Shown: positions 33,979 to 43,658 of the stretch, piece after piece
Layout: the number at the start of each line of letters is the position of its first letter
How positions within the stretch are numbered: position 1 is the stretch's first letter
DNA from: Desulfobulbales bacterium
Lineage (GTDB): Bacteria > Desulfobacterota > Desulfobulbia > Desulfobulbales > BM004
Direction: 5' to 3'
DNA: 60,320 nucleotides
Assembly: GCA_041598875.1 (NCBI GenBank)
Contig: JBFHXP010000003.1
Coordinates: forward strand, 1-60,320
Notes under the pieces: model-generated
Databases searched by the model: none
What the model saw: only the letters and a program-made list of their open reading frames with translations
Told to the model about the DNA's origin: nothing
Made by a program: the position numbers and the translations under genes

Positions 33979-34330
33979 GGAGCGGGTGCATGATCGCCGG
34001 CATGCATGTGCCGGAGGAAAGTCCGAACTCCGCAGGGCAGGGTGGTTCGTAACTCGAACCCCGAGCGATCGGGGGAAAGTGCCACAGAAAAGATACCGCC
34101 CCGCCTCAGGCGGGGTAAGGGTGAAATGGCGAGGTAAGAGCTCACCGCTTTCATGGTGACATGAAAGGCACGGCAAACCCCACCCGGAGCAAGACCAAAT
34201 AGGAAAACGCTTAAGGGCTGCCCGTCCGAGGTTTTCGGGTAGGTCGCTGGAGAGTCCGGGTGACCGGAATCCTAGAGAAATGATCATGGCCCCGTTTACG
34301 GGGTACAGAATTCGGCTTATAGCCCGCTCC
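33979..34330 (+). ncRNA. rnpB: RNase P RNA, bacterial type A
   Basis: P1 GGAGCGGG / CCCGCTCC. Universal blocks GGAGGAAAGTCCG, AGGGCAGGGTG, CCACAGAAA, GGTAAGGGTGAAA, GGTAAGAGC, CACCCGGAGCAAG, CCAAATAGG and ACAGAATTCGGCTTATAG occur in the E. coli-like order. Confidence 0.92.
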
Positions 34331-34346
34331 ATGTTTCTTTGTATGA

Positions 34347-34389
34347 GACGCTGTCGGATTTGAGAAAAAATCTCCGGCAGCGTCTTTTT
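34347..34389 (+). terminator. rho-independent terminator after rnpB
   Basis: gacgctgtcgga / tccggcagcgtc stem followed by TTTTT. Confidence 0.65.
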
Positions 34390-34421
34390 CACGAGTATCT
34401 CCACCGGTGTGACCTTTTTTT

Positions 34422-35636
34422 ATGATCAAAACGACCGCCAGTGCAATAATTCCCGCCGCAGGCAGTGGTTCAAGGATGGGAATGACGGTGCCCAAACAGT
34501 TTTACGGGCTGGCCGGGGCTCCTGTTCTTGTCCATACGGTTCGGGCGGTATCCCAGGTTGCGGAGGTGGGTGATATTGTTCTGGTGGTGCCGGGGGAGCA
34601 TTGCGGCTGGGCGGAAGAGCTGGTAGCGGAATATTCACTCGACAAAGTCCGCGGGGTGGTTGCCGGGGGCCGCAGGCGGCAGGATTCGGTGCAGGCCGGC
34701 CTTGAAACAGTGCCGCCATCGACCGGGCTGGTGGTGGTTCATGACGGGGTCCGGCCATGTATTACACCGGAACTGATAGGAAGGTGTATTGCTGTTGCCA
34801 GGGACACAGGCGCCGCAATGGCCGCGGTGCCCGTCAAGGATACCCTGAAATCCGTTTCCCGGGACCATCGGGTGACAGGAACCGTTGACCGTGAGCCTCT
34901 CTGGCAGGCTCAGACCCCCCAGGTTGTTCGGGCGGATCTCCTGCGCCAGGCGTTTGTTGAGGCGAACCGTCTGGGGGTCACCTGCACCGATGAGGCGGCG
35001 CTTCTGGAGCTGATCGGAGTATTCATGACCGTGGTTCCCGGGTCGGAAAAAAACATCAAAATTACCCGACCGGATGATCTCCGGCTTGCAGAAGCGTTTA
35101 TGGATAAAAACAGGGCGGATTTTTCCCCGTGCGCACTCCGGGTTGGCCACGGTTTCGATGTGCACCGGCTGGTGGAGGGGCGCTCCCTGGTTCTGGGCGG
35201 TGTATCTATTCCCCACTCCCTCGGCCTTCTCGGCCACTCCGATGCCGATGTCCTTACCCATGCCCTGTGTGACGCCCTGCTCGGAGCGATGGGCCAGGGT
35301 GATATCGGTCGCCATTTTCCAGATACCGATGACAAATACAGGGGCATCAACAGCCTGTATCTTCTTGAAAAGGTTGTCAGCCTGGCATCGGCAGAGGGGT
35401 TTGCGCTGGTGAATGCAGATATCACCGTTATGGCCGAGAGGCCCCGCCTGTCCGGGTATATCCCGGAGATGGAAAAGAGGCTTGCTGCCGTCTGCCGGGT
35501 GGCACCCGAGGTGATCAACTGCAAGGCGACCACCACCGAGAAGCTGGGTTTTGTCGGCCGCGAAGAGGGAATCGCCGCCCAGGCGGTGGTTCTTCTCGTG
35601 CAGGAGAAAAAAGGGGGTCAGGGGGTGAGCGGATAG
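34422..35636 (+). CDS. ispDF: bifunctional MEP cytidylyltransferase / MEcPP synthase
   Basis: 404 aa. N-terminal IspD (AIIPAAGSGSRMG) is fused to C-terminal IspF (RVGHGFDVHRL...GHSDADVLTHA). Confidence 0.95.
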   Translation: MIKTTASAIIPAAGSGSRMGMTVPKQFYGLAGAPVLVHTVRAVSQVAEVGDIVLVVPGEHCGWAEELVAEYSLDKVRGVVAGGRRRQDSVQAGLETVPPSTGLVVVHDGVRPCITPELIGRCIAVARDTGAAMAAVPVKDTLKSVSRDHRVTGTVDREPLWQAQTPQVVRADLLRQAFVEANRLGVTCTDEAALLELIGVFMTVVPGSEKNIKITRPDDLRLAEAFMDKNRADFSPCALRVGHGFDVHRLVEGRSLVLGGVSIPHSLGLLGHSDADVLTHALCDALLGAMGQGDIGRHFPDTDDKYRGINSLYLLEKVVSLASAEGFALVNADITVMAERPRLSGYIPEMEKRLAAVCRVAPEVINCKATTTEKLGFVGREEGIAAQAVVLLVQEKKGGQGVSG

Positions 35637-36157
35637 CCTGCCTCAATGGTGTGAATTGCCCCATTGGCCCTGAGGAAGCTGGAGTAGAGAAAGAATTCCC
35701 GTACGGTAAAGGGTTCGGTGGAAAAAAGGTTGTTTCCGGCCAGGAATTGGCCGACCTTGTGCACGGGCGACCTGTTGAGGCGGGCCAGGGTGATATGGGG
35801 TGAAAATTTCCGTGCCTCTGCCGGCAATCCCAGCCCGGTCAGGGTGGACTCGATTTTTTTACGGAGCAGGATCAGGGGATCGCTCGGCTCAATGCCTGCC
35901 CAGAGCACCCGCGGCTCTTTTCGCGGCGGAAAATGGCCGACTCCCCTGAGTCTCAACTGAAAATGGTGCGCCTGGATTCCGGCAAGGCCATCCCGGATAT
36001 CATGAAAAACAGCTCCGTCCACATCGCCGATAAAGCGCAGGGTAAGGTGGATCTGCTCCGGGTCCACCCAGCGTGCTCCTGGAATTCCAAAACAGAGGCC
36101 GGCGAGAGAGTGGCGTATTTCCGGTGGAAGATCAATGGCGACAAACAGTCTGGGCAT
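35618..36157 (-). CDS. thpR: RNA 2',3'-cyclic phosphodiesterase (2H family)
   Basis: Two H-x-T-x motifs (HLTLRF, HITLAR). The start is taken at ATG 36157 (MPRLFVAIDLP, SD AGGGGA) rather than the ORF-track 36181. Confidence 0.85.
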   Translation of the reverse strand: MPRLFVAIDLPPEIRHSLAGLCFGIPGARWVDPEQIHLTLRFIGDVDGAVFHDIRDGLAGIQAHHFQLRLRGVGHFPPRKEPRVLWAGIEPSDPLILLRKKIESTLTGLGLPAEARKFSPHITLARLNRSPVHKVGQFLAGNNLFSTEPFTVREFFLYSSFLRANGAIHTIEAGYPLTP

Positions 36158-36231
36158 GGTTTTTCCCCTTTCAGGATCCACTCGTTTACTGAAAGGAATC
36201 TAGCCTTTTTCGCCGGGAAAAAAAACAGATA

Positions 36232-36951
36232 TTGTGCTGCCGGCAAAAGGGCGGCATCGTCAAAGGGAAGAGTGTGACAGATCAGGCGCCGATACTTTGG
36301 AAACCGGACTGGCAGTCCGTTGATACAGTGCTGCTCGATATGGACGGCACCCTTCTTGACAAGTATTTTGATGATTATTTCTGGGAACATTTTGTGCCCC
36401 AGGTATATGCGGAAAAATACCGGGTGAGCGAGGATTCCGCCCGCCGCGAACTGCTCGCCGGCTATCGGAAAATTGAGGGGACTCTGGAGTGGACCGATCT
36501 TGACTACTGGTCCAGGGAACTAGGCCTTGACATCCCGGCGCTTAAGGCCCAGGTGGATCACCTGATCGATGTCCATCCCTATGTTGTTGACTTCCTGAAG
36601 TACTGCCGGAAAATCGGCAAGAAAATTCATCTGGTCACCAATGCCCATTCCAAGACGCTAAAGATAAAAATGCGCAAGACCGCCATTGGCGGATATTTTG
36701 ATCAGATCGTCTGCGCCGAGGAGATAGGGGTCGCCAAGGAGGATCCGGTTTTCTGGGAGGGCCTTGAGGAGAAGCTCGGGTTTGACCGCAGGCGGACAAT
36801 GCTTGCCGAAGACAAGGAAAGTATTCTTTTTTCCGCGCGTCAGTACGGAATTGCGGTGCTGATATTTGTTGCCCGGCCAAGCAGTCGCGATCCGGTTGTT
36901 TATTCCAGGGACTTTCCCTCCATTGTCTATTTCAATGAGTTGATAGTATAA
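36232..36951 (+). CDS. HAD-superfamily hydrolase (YrfG-like nucleotidase type)
   Basis: VLLDMDGTLLD (motif I), VTNAH and a C-terminal Asp motif region. The start is uncertain: TTG 36232 or GTG 36274. Confidence 0.75.
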   Translation: MCCRQKGGIVKGKSVTDQAPILWKPDWQSVDTVLLDMDGTLLDKYFDDYFWEHFVPQVYAEKYRVSEDSARRELLAGYRKIEGTLEWTDLDYWSRELGLDIPALKAQVDHLIDVHPYVVDFLKYCRKIGKKIHLVTNAHSKTLKIKMRKTAIGGYFDQIVCAEEIGVAKEDPVFWEGLEEKLGFDRRRTMLAEDKESILFSARQYGIAVLIFVARPSSRDPVVYSRDFPSIVYFNELIV

Positions 36952-36992
36952 TTTCTTGATGGGAAGTTGTCGGATATGGTTTAAATTAGTGG

Positions 36993-38537
36993 ATGGGGGG
37001 AGTAATGGAAACCATTGACTCTTTCCCGGGGCGGGTTCTCCTGGTCGGTGACGGCCGGGAGCATATCCAGTCTTGCCGGGAAACTCTGACTCAAGAGGGC
37101 CATGAGGTGTACAGTGCCCTTGACCCTGCCCAGGCCCTGGCAATAGTGGAAAACTGGGCGCCAGATCTTGTGCTTATTTTATATCAATCAGAAGATGACG
37201 GATGTGCCGCCCTTGACCGGCTGGCAACTTCACCGGTGATCGGCAACACCCTGGTTCTTCTTGGTTGCGATGTGGCGGAAAAGATACCGTCATGCTGCTA
37301 TGGTGCCGGCGGGGCGGATATTGTCTTTCCGCAGACAGTGGAGAGGTTGGCGCGGGAAGTAAGCAGCCTGATGCGGTTGAAGGAGCAGAAAGCCCAACTC
37401 GTGGCCCAGATGCGGCGAGCCCAGCGGATGAAGGCACTCGGCACCTTGTCTGGTGGTATTGCCCATGATTTCAATAATATATTGACTCCGGTGCTCCTTC
37501 ACGCCGAGATGGCCCTTGCCGATGTTTCCGAGGAAAATCCCTTACATATTCACCTCCGGGAAATAGTGAAGGCGAGCAAGAGGGCGCGGGATCTGGTAAA
37601 GCAGATTCTGGCCTTCAGCAGAAGAGAGGAGGAAAAACGGATTTCTCTGCAACTTAGTGTTATAATTAAGGAAACAGTAAAGCTGCTTCGGGCGTCTTTT
37701 CCATCGACCATAGAAATCAGCCTCCGGATCGATGATGATAGCGACCATTGGATTTTTGCCGACCCGGTGCAGATGAATCAGGTTTTTCTTAATCTCGCCA
37801 CCAATGCCTTTCAGGCCATGCGGGAAAAAGGCGGGCTTCTGGATGTGCGGCTTGAGGTCGTTGCCCTTGCTCGTGGCGAACTCGCTGGGCCGGAAGGGGA
37901 AGCGGGGAGATTTATCTGTCTTACGGTCAGCGATACTGGTTGCGGGATAGAAAAAGAGATGCAACCAGGACTGTTTGAACCGGTATTCGGCAAAAAACAC
38001 CAGGGGACCGGCATGGGACTGGCCATGGTTCATGAGATCGTGAAGAGTCACCGGGGAATGATTAAGGTTGCGAGCACCCCGGGCGAGGGATCGGTCTTCA
38101 AGGTCTTTTTGCCGGTAACAGAGCCTGAGGAGAGTTCAGACCCCGATGTGGCCCCCGCCTTGCGCGGCAGTGAAAGAATCCTCTATGTGGATGATGAGGC
38201 TGCCATGCGCAACACCATGGGTTCTTTATTGAAACATCTCGGTTACCGGGTTGAAACCAGTGAAAGCGGGAAGAGCGCGCTGGATCTTTTTACTGCTGAC
38301 CCCAAGGGGTTCGACCTGGTATTGACCGATTATACCATGCCGGGAATGACCGGGATTGAACTCTCTTTGGCCCTATTGAGGATCTGCCCGGACCTGCCGG
38401 TTATTCTCTGTACCGGATTCAGCGAGGAGGTAACCGATGAGGGGGTGCGGTCCCTGGGAATCCGCAGGCTGGTATTTAAGCCTTTCGGCTTGCGGGAAAT
38501 TGCCGGGATCCTTCGCGAAGTGCTCGGGGATGGATAG
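36993..38537 (+). CDS. hybrid sensor histidine kinase (N-terminal pseudo-receiver, HisKA-HATPase, C-terminal receiver)
   Basis: 514 aa. H-box GGIAHDFNNILT, N/G boxes (NLATNAFQAM, DTGCGI, GTGMGLA) and a C-terminal REC domain with DLVLTDYTMPGMTG. The N-terminal REC-like fold has LVLILYQ in place of the phospho-Asp site. Confidence 0.9.
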   Translation: MGGVMETIDSFPGRVLLVGDGREHIQSCRETLTQEGHEVYSALDPAQALAIVENWAPDLVLILYQSEDDGCAALDRLATSPVIGNTLVLLGCDVAEKIPSCCYGAGGADIVFPQTVERLAREVSSLMRLKEQKAQLVAQMRRAQRMKALGTLSGGIAHDFNNILTPVLLHAEMALADVSEENPLHIHLREIVKASKRARDLVKQILAFSRREEEKRISLQLSVIIKETVKLLRASFPSTIEISLRIDDDSDHWIFADPVQMNQVFLNLATNAFQAMREKGGLLDVRLEVVALARGELAGPEGEAGRFICLTVSDTGCGIEKEMQPGLFEPVFGKKHQGTGMGLAMVHEIVKSHRGMIKVASTPGEGSVFKVFLPVTEPEESSDPDVAPALRGSERILYVDDEAAMRNTMGSLLKHLGYRVETSESGKSALDLFTADPKGFDLVLTDYTMPGMTGIELSLALLRICPDLPVILCTGFSEEVTDEGVRSLGIRRLVFKPFGLREIAGILREVLGDG

Positions 38538-38646
38538 TTTTTCACTGGAAACCCAAGGTTTCGATTTACCGCTGTTGAGCCGCGGAACTGACCCGCCGGG
38601 CTCCTGGGCGGGTTTAAAAAAAAGAACGTGGTGATTCGTACCTCTA

Positions 38647-40056
38647 ATGGCGCGCATACTTATTATCGATGATGACAGAATGATCTGTGACGCCCTGGTC
38701 ATGGTGATGGCCAGGATGGACCATCAGGCTGATTTTGCCCTGACCCTTGAAGAGGGCCGGAGGCTCGCTGAGGCGACTCCGTATGATGTCGTTTTTCTTG
38801 ATGTCCGTCTTCCCGACGGCAGCGGCCTGGAGGCCCTGCCAAAGTTTCAGGAGTCAGCCGGCAATCCGGAGGTGATCATCATAACCGGGGATGGGGATCC
38901 CGAGGGGGCGCAGTTGGCCATCTACAGCGGGGCCTGGGATTATATCGAAAAGCCCCTGTCCAAAGACACCCTTACCCTGCCCCTGCTTCGCGCCCTGCAG
39001 TACCATGAGGAGAAGAAAAACAAAAATCCGCTCAAGGCCTTGAATCTTGAAGGATTTATTGGGGAAAGCCTGCCGGTCAGGAGGTGCCTTAATATCCTTG
39101 CCCAGGCCGCCGGCAGTGCGGCCCCGGTGCTGATAACCGGTGAAACCGGAACCGGCAAGGAACTTTTTGCCAATGCCATTCATGTAAACAGCGGCAGCGG
39201 CAACAAAAATTTTGTGGTGGTAGATTGCGCCGCCCTGCCGGAAACCCTGGTTGAGAGTACCCTTTTTGGTCATGAAAAGGGGGCGTACACCGGAGCGGAC
39301 CGTTCCCGGGAGGGGTTGGTGAAAATGGCTGACGGCGGCACCCTGTTTCTTGATGAGGTGGGGGAAATGCCGTTGTCAGTCCAGCGGGGATTTCTGCGGG
39401 TTCTTCAGGAACATCGTTTTAGGCCGGTTGGTGGCAAGGAGGAGGTATCGTCCAATTTCCGGGTAATTGCCGCTACCAACCGTGATATCGACCAGATGGT
39501 TGAAGAGGGCCGCTTTCGCAAGGACCTCCTTTTCAGGCTGCGGTCTATTCACATCCACCTTCCGCCGTTGCGCGAGAGGGGAAACGACAGCAAGCAACTC
39601 GCATTTTATTTCATGAATGAGCTCTGCGAGCGCTATGGGATGGGGACAAAAGGGTTCTCGCCGGAACTTCTTGATATAGTGAAGAGTTATTCCTGGCCAG
39701 GCAATGTGCGCGAACTCATTCATGCCATTGAAAATATTCTTGCCGCAGCAGGAAACTCGCCGATTCTTTTTCCCGAACATCTGCCCACCTATATTCGAGC
39801 GGAAATGATTTCCTCCACCCTTCGAAAAAAGGAAAAAAACAGTCATCAGCCGATGGTCAATGATCATCGTTTTCTCGACACCTTTCGGGAAAACCGCGAG
39901 GCTATTCTTCTGGTTGCTGAAAAGCAATACCTGGTAAACCTCATGGCAACAACAGAGTGGAATATCTCCAGGGCATGCTCTGTTTCCGATCTTTCCAGGG
40001 CCCGCCTCTATTCTCTTCTCAAAAAGCATCATATCACCCGCCATTCATCCGAGTAA
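38647..40056 (+). CDS. sigma-54-dependent response regulator (NtrC family)
   Basis: 469 aa. REC domain (VVFLDVRLPDGSG), AAA+ domain (GETGTGKELFA, the GAYTGA variant of GAFTGA, ATNRD) and a C-terminal HTH. Confidence 0.95.
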   Translation: MARILIIDDDRMICDALVMVMARMDHQADFALTLEEGRRLAEATPYDVVFLDVRLPDGSGLEALPKFQESAGNPEVIIITGDGDPEGAQLAIYSGAWDYIEKPLSKDTLTLPLLRALQYHEEKKNKNPLKALNLEGFIGESLPVRRCLNILAQAAGSAAPVLITGETGTGKELFANAIHVNSGSGNKNFVVVDCAALPETLVESTLFGHEKGAYTGADRSREGLVKMADGGTLFLDEVGEMPLSVQRGFLRVLQEHRFRPVGGKEEVSSNFRVIAATNRDIDQMVEEGRFRKDLLFRLRSIHIHLPPLRERGNDSKQLAFYFMNELCERYGMGTKGFSPELLDIVKSYSWPGNVRELIHAIENILAAAGNSPILFPEHLPTYIRAEMISSTLRKKEKNSHQPMVNDHRFLDTFRENREAILLVAEKQYLVNLMATTEWNISRACSVSDLSRARLYSLLKKHHITRHSSE

Positions 40057-40185
40057 TCCCCCTCAGTCTTGTTTCCCTGCATATTTCTTATAAAACAAGA
40101 CAATCTCGACACTCTTTCGCCTCCCCAGGGTGTCAATCCCCGAGAGTATTCAGTAAAAACAGCATGATATGGTTTTTCCTCAGTT

Positions 40186-40200
40186 GGGCACGATTATTGA
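40186..40200 (+). promoter_or_regulatory. candidate sigma-54 promoter (-24 GGCACG / -12 TTGA)
   Basis: gGGCACG-ATTA-TTGA versus the consensus TGGCACG-N4-TTGC. It lies 55 nt upstream of ATG 40255 and directly downstream of the NtrC-type activator gene. Confidence 0.45.
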
Positions 40201-40254
40201 ATATACAGATAGGTATGACTTTTCCGGCATGCCCAAAGAGTGGACAGGGATGAG

Positions 40255-40662
40255 ATGAGAATACTTGCCTTTGCGGACAATTCAAGCGAGACCGGGCGTT
40301 GCCTCTGCTCGGTTGTAGAAAAGGCTGCGCGCAATAATGATCTGCAGGTGTATGACGATTTTACTGTATTTTCCCGTAATCTTCAGGCGCCCTCATCCGG
40401 AAAAAGCGGGACCATTGCCGTGCTTCATGCCCGAAGCCGTGATGACCTCAAGATTTTCAAGGATCTGCTGGACAGGATTTTTTCTGATTACAGGATAATC
40501 CTTATTCTGCCGGACCGGGAGTTTGAGACCATATCCCTGGGGCATCAGCTTCGGCCGCGGTACTTCTCTTATGCTGACGGTGATTTTTCTGAAATAGGAG
40601 AGGTGCTTGAAAATATGTTGAAAATAAGAGTCCCTTCCAGGACGGCGCTGACGCATTCCTGA
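40255..40662 (+). CDS. hypothetical small protein with receiver-like layout but no phospho-acceptor motif
   Basis: 135 aa from ATG 40255 (the ORF-track GTG 40240 is also possible). MRILAFADNS...RIILILPDREFE alternates beta/alpha-like segments. No family assigned. Confidence 0.5.
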   Translation: MRILAFADNSSETGRCLCSVVEKAARNNDLQVYDDFTVFSRNLQAPSSGKSGTIAVLHARSRDDLKIFKDLLDRIFSDYRIILILPDREFETISLGHQLRPRYFSYADGDFSEIGEVLENMLKIRVPSRTALTHS

Positions 40663-40676
40663 CTATCGATCTTTTC

Positions 40677-40747
40677 CCTCTTCCGTCGGGCTTCCCTCCT
40701 CCCCTCCCCAGCACTCCCCAAAGCCCGGCGGAAGAGGCTTTTTTTTT
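40677..40747 (+). terminator. long-stem rho-independent terminator
   Basis: 17-bp stem cctcttccgtcgggctt / aagcccggcggaagagg (one G-U pair), C-rich 27-nt loop, then a T9 run. Confidence 0.65.
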
Positions 40748-40768
40748 CGCCTCTCCCGCTTTTTTTTC

Positions 40769-42328
40769 TCAGCACTGCTCCTGTCGATTTCGAGAAAGTA
40801 CCGGGCCCCGCGCACTGACCACAAGTATCTGGTAGGTCGCCCGGCATCCGCCATATTCCTGCTGGAACCACCTGTCAAGTTGGCGGAGGCGGTTTGCTGT
40901 TAATACCGGAGTGTTCCTTTCTTTCCAGCCGGCAGTCCCGGTTTTCTTGATATGGGTCAGGAGGTCACGTACCGTCCCATACTCTTTGATGATATTTTTT
41001 TCTTTTATTTCGGACGACTCAAAGTATGTGCGCACAATTTTTTCAAGGGGGGCCGCTCCTGGAAATGTTGCGGCCGGAATGGAGGTTTCCGGCTGATTGA
41101 TCTGGTCCAGGGCCAGGTTCAGTTCATGAAATGTCGCCGGCCCGAAAAGGGTGGCGAGAAAATGACCGTCCGGTTCGAGAAGGGCGGCGGTATTTTTTAT
41201 TGCCGCATCGAGGTCTGCAAACCATTGCAGGGTGCCGTTGCCGGTAATAAGGTGATAGCGTGATTGCTCGCCCGCGTTAAGAAATTCCTCACAGTCGGCT
41301 TGAAGCAGTGTCACCTGGGGGAAATTCCTGAGTTTGAATCGAGCGGTGGCCAGCATTTCTTCTGCAAAATCAATAGCAAGAATTCGGGCGTGGGGAAAGT
41401 TTCGGGCCAGCTGGAGAGTGTAATTGCCGGTGCCGCATCCCAGTTCCAGGATTCTCTTGCTTCCGCTGGCAACACTGTCCACCGCCTCTTTACCGAGAAT
41501 TTCGGCGGATGTGCCCTGTATATGAGCATAAGCATCGTATGAGGCTGCCGCCTTGTCGAATTTTTCACGGACGATTTCCTTGCGCCTGAATATGTGCAGA
41601 GAGCATTCCGGCGACAGAAAGGGAAGGTGGCCGGCCCCTTCAATGAATTCCTCTGCAGCGTTGGCAAGTCGCGCGCGCTGTCCTGGCGGCGAGATGATAT
41701 CCCTGCCCCCGTGGATCAGGAGGGTGGAAACTCCGGGCGCCTCCTGTGTCGAGGCCTGGGCAAGATAGGAGAGCCCGCGCGCAAGCACCTCCGGCTCCTG
41801 GCTGGCCTGATGAAGGTACGCGGGCTGCAGGGTCTTGGTGAAGCGGGCCAGGGCGTGTTTATTTCCCAGAAAACATTTTCGATAAAAGCTTGCAAGAAAC
41901 GCCTCCCGGTCCGAGGCGAGATCTGCGGCAATGGCCCTGATCTCCTCTTCCGGCCAGGAAGTTCTCAGAGAAATAAGGGTAAGTTTGGCGACCAGGTTCG
42001 GATGGGCGCGGGCGAAATCCAGGGCAAGATGGGCGCCCATCGACCACCCGATCAGTTCGATTTTTTCGCTGTTTTCCCGCTCGAGAAGGCGAAGGAGATC
42101 AGAAGTCACCCTCTCCGGATCCAGCAATCCGCGTGGAGCGGCCCAGGATAAGGGGGGGGAGCTCACGTGGAGAATGCGGCCGTCAAAACCCCAGCCTGGA
42201 AGAAAAATCTTTATGATTTTTTGGGGCGTGCGGTCAGCTCTTTTCAGTAGTGGATTATCAGACGGCATTGTCGGTGTCAAACGGCTGGTTTGCTGCGGGT
42301 GCGGCGTACCCTGGGTGCGCCTCCACAC
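40769..42328 (-). CDS. bioC: BioH-like esterase fused to BioC malonyl-ACP O-methyltransferase
   Basis: 519-aa ORF. The N-terminal alpha/beta-hydrolase half has the GWSMGA nucleophile elbow and a late HLPF. The C-terminal half has FDKAAASYDAYAHIQ and ILELGCGTGNYT (SAM motif I). The real start is possibly ATG 42268 (MPSDNPLL). Confidence 0.8.
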   Translation of the reverse strand: MWRRTQGTPHPQQTSRLTPTMPSDNPLLKRADRTPQKIIKIFLPGWGFDGRILHVSSPPLSWAAPRGLLDPERVTSDLLRLLERENSEKIELIGWSMGAHLALDFARAHPNLVAKLTLISLRTSWPEEEIRAIAADLASDREAFLASFYRKCFLGNKHALARFTKTLQPAYLHQASQEPEVLARGLSYLAQASTQEAPGVSTLLIHGGRDIISPPGQRARLANAAEEFIEGAGHLPFLSPECSLHIFRRKEIVREKFDKAAASYDAYAHIQGTSAEILGKEAVDSVASGSKRILELGCGTGNYTLQLARNFPHARILAIDFAEEMLATARFKLRNFPQVTLLQADCEEFLNAGEQSRYHLITGNGTLQWFADLDAAIKNTAALLEPDGHFLATLFGPATFHELNLALDQINQPETSIPAATFPGAAPLEKIVRTYFESSEIKEKNIIKEYGTVRDLLTHIKKTGTAGWKERNTPVLTANRLRQLDRWFQQEYGGCRATYQILVVSARGPVLSRNRQEQC

Positions 42329-42434
42329 AACTGATCGTTGTCCTCAATTTTCTCGAAAAATTCTCATGTTCGAACTGAAACCGGATCTGGCCGCCGGCAG
42401 GGATTACGGGGGTGCCGGACGGACATTTATGGGA

Positions 42435-43601
42435 TTATGCTGTCAGCAGTTCTCCGAGCACCCTGGCGGCCTTTTTGATGTCCCCGGCCGTGTGGTGGCG
42501 GGTTATGGAAAAGCGCAGCCTGGCGGTGGACTCGGGAACGGTAGGGGGACGGACCGCTGTGGCGTACACCCCGTTTTTCCGCAGTTTTTCAGCAAGTTCC
42601 ATGGCCCTGGCACTGTTGCCGATCAGAATGGGAACGATCTGGGACGGTCCCAGTTCCTGGTGAAAACCACCATCGTGGAGAAGCGTTTTAAAAAGAGTCA
42701 CGCTGGCAAAAAGTTCCCGGCGGAGATCCGGTTCCCGGCGGACCACCTCCAGGGCGGCCAGACTTGCCCCGAGCACCGCCGGCGGCAGGGCGGTGGCATA
42801 GATAAAACTTCGGGCGCTGTTGATGAGATAGGAAATCATCTCCCGGCTTGCGGCAATATAGGCCCCATAGCTGCCCAGGGCCTTGCCAAAGGTGCCCATG
42901 GCAATATCAACCCGATCCCCCACCCCGTCCTCCTCAATGACCCCGCTACCGCCTGGGCCGAAAACTCCGGTGGCATGCGCTTCATCAACCATCAGGCGGC
43001 AGTGGTATTGGTCGCGCAATGCCGCCATGGCCTGGAGGGGACATCGGTCGCCGTCCATGCTGTAGATTGATTCGACCACGATAAGCGCGTGGCGGTAGCG
43101 GTTCCTGTTTTTCTTGAGCAGGTATTCAAGATGGCTGGGGTCGTTATGATGAAAACGAATCATCGCGGCGCTGGAAAGCCTGCAGCCATCGTAGATGCTG
43201 GCATGGTTGAGCCGGTCGGTGAAAATGACGTCTCCCCGGCCGGCAAGGGCCGGTATCACGCCGATGTTCGCCAGGTACCCACTGCCAAAGAGAAGGGCCG
43301 CCTCTGTTGATTTGAAGCGGGCGGTTTCCAGTTCAAGGAGGTGGTGCATCTCCATGGAACCACTCATCAGGCGGGCGCCGCCGGCTCCTGTTCCCAGCAG
43401 TTCAACTGCTTCCCGGCTGGCGGCGATAACCTGCGGATGCTCACTTAACCCAAGGTAATCATTCGAGGAAAAATCAGTCATGGCCGGGCTGTCTTTTTCC
43501 TCAGCCAGCACGATCCGACCATGGCCGAGCCGGGAAAGCGGGGTCAGCTCCCTGAGTCTGCCGGAGATACGTCGTTTTAAAAGGAACTCGTCTATGTTCA
43601 A
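42435..43601 (-). CDS. bioF: 8-amino-7-oxononanoate synthase
   Basis: 388 aa. SNDYLGLS, DEAHATGVFG and the PLP-Lys motif GTFGKALGSYGA. Confidence 0.92.
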   Translation of the reverse strand: MNIDEFLLKRRISGRLRELTPLSRLGHGRIVLAEEKDSPAMTDFSSNDYLGLSEHPQVIAASREAVELLGTGAGGARLMSGSMEMHHLLELETARFKSTEAALLFGSGYLANIGVIPALAGRGDVIFTDRLNHASIYDGCRLSSAAMIRFHHNDPSHLEYLLKKNRNRYRHALIVVESIYSMDGDRCPLQAMAALRDQYHCRLMVDEAHATGVFGPGGSGVIEEDGVGDRVDIAMGTFGKALGSYGAYIAASREMISYLINSARSFIYATALPPAVLGASLAALEVVRREPDLRRELFASVTLFKTLLHDGGFHQELGPSQIVPILIGNSARAMELAEKLRKNGVYATAVRPPTVPESTARLRFSITRHHTAGDIKKAARVLGELLTA

Positions 43602-43658
43602 TGGGCTTCCTTCTTCAGGGAGAAGGCCTCGGATGAGAACAGGGATTGGCCGGCGGAC

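Noticed and set aside
41931-43070. Long ORFs antisense to or overlapping confidently assigned genes (e.g. 41931..43070, 18224..18988, 53446..54237, 25387..26118, 8815..9456, 34635..35315, 39376..40044, 58908..59705, 3850..4467)
   Set aside because: They are shadow frames of well-supported genes in GC-rich DNA, with Arg/Pro/Gly-rich low-complexity translations and no motifs or SD sequences.
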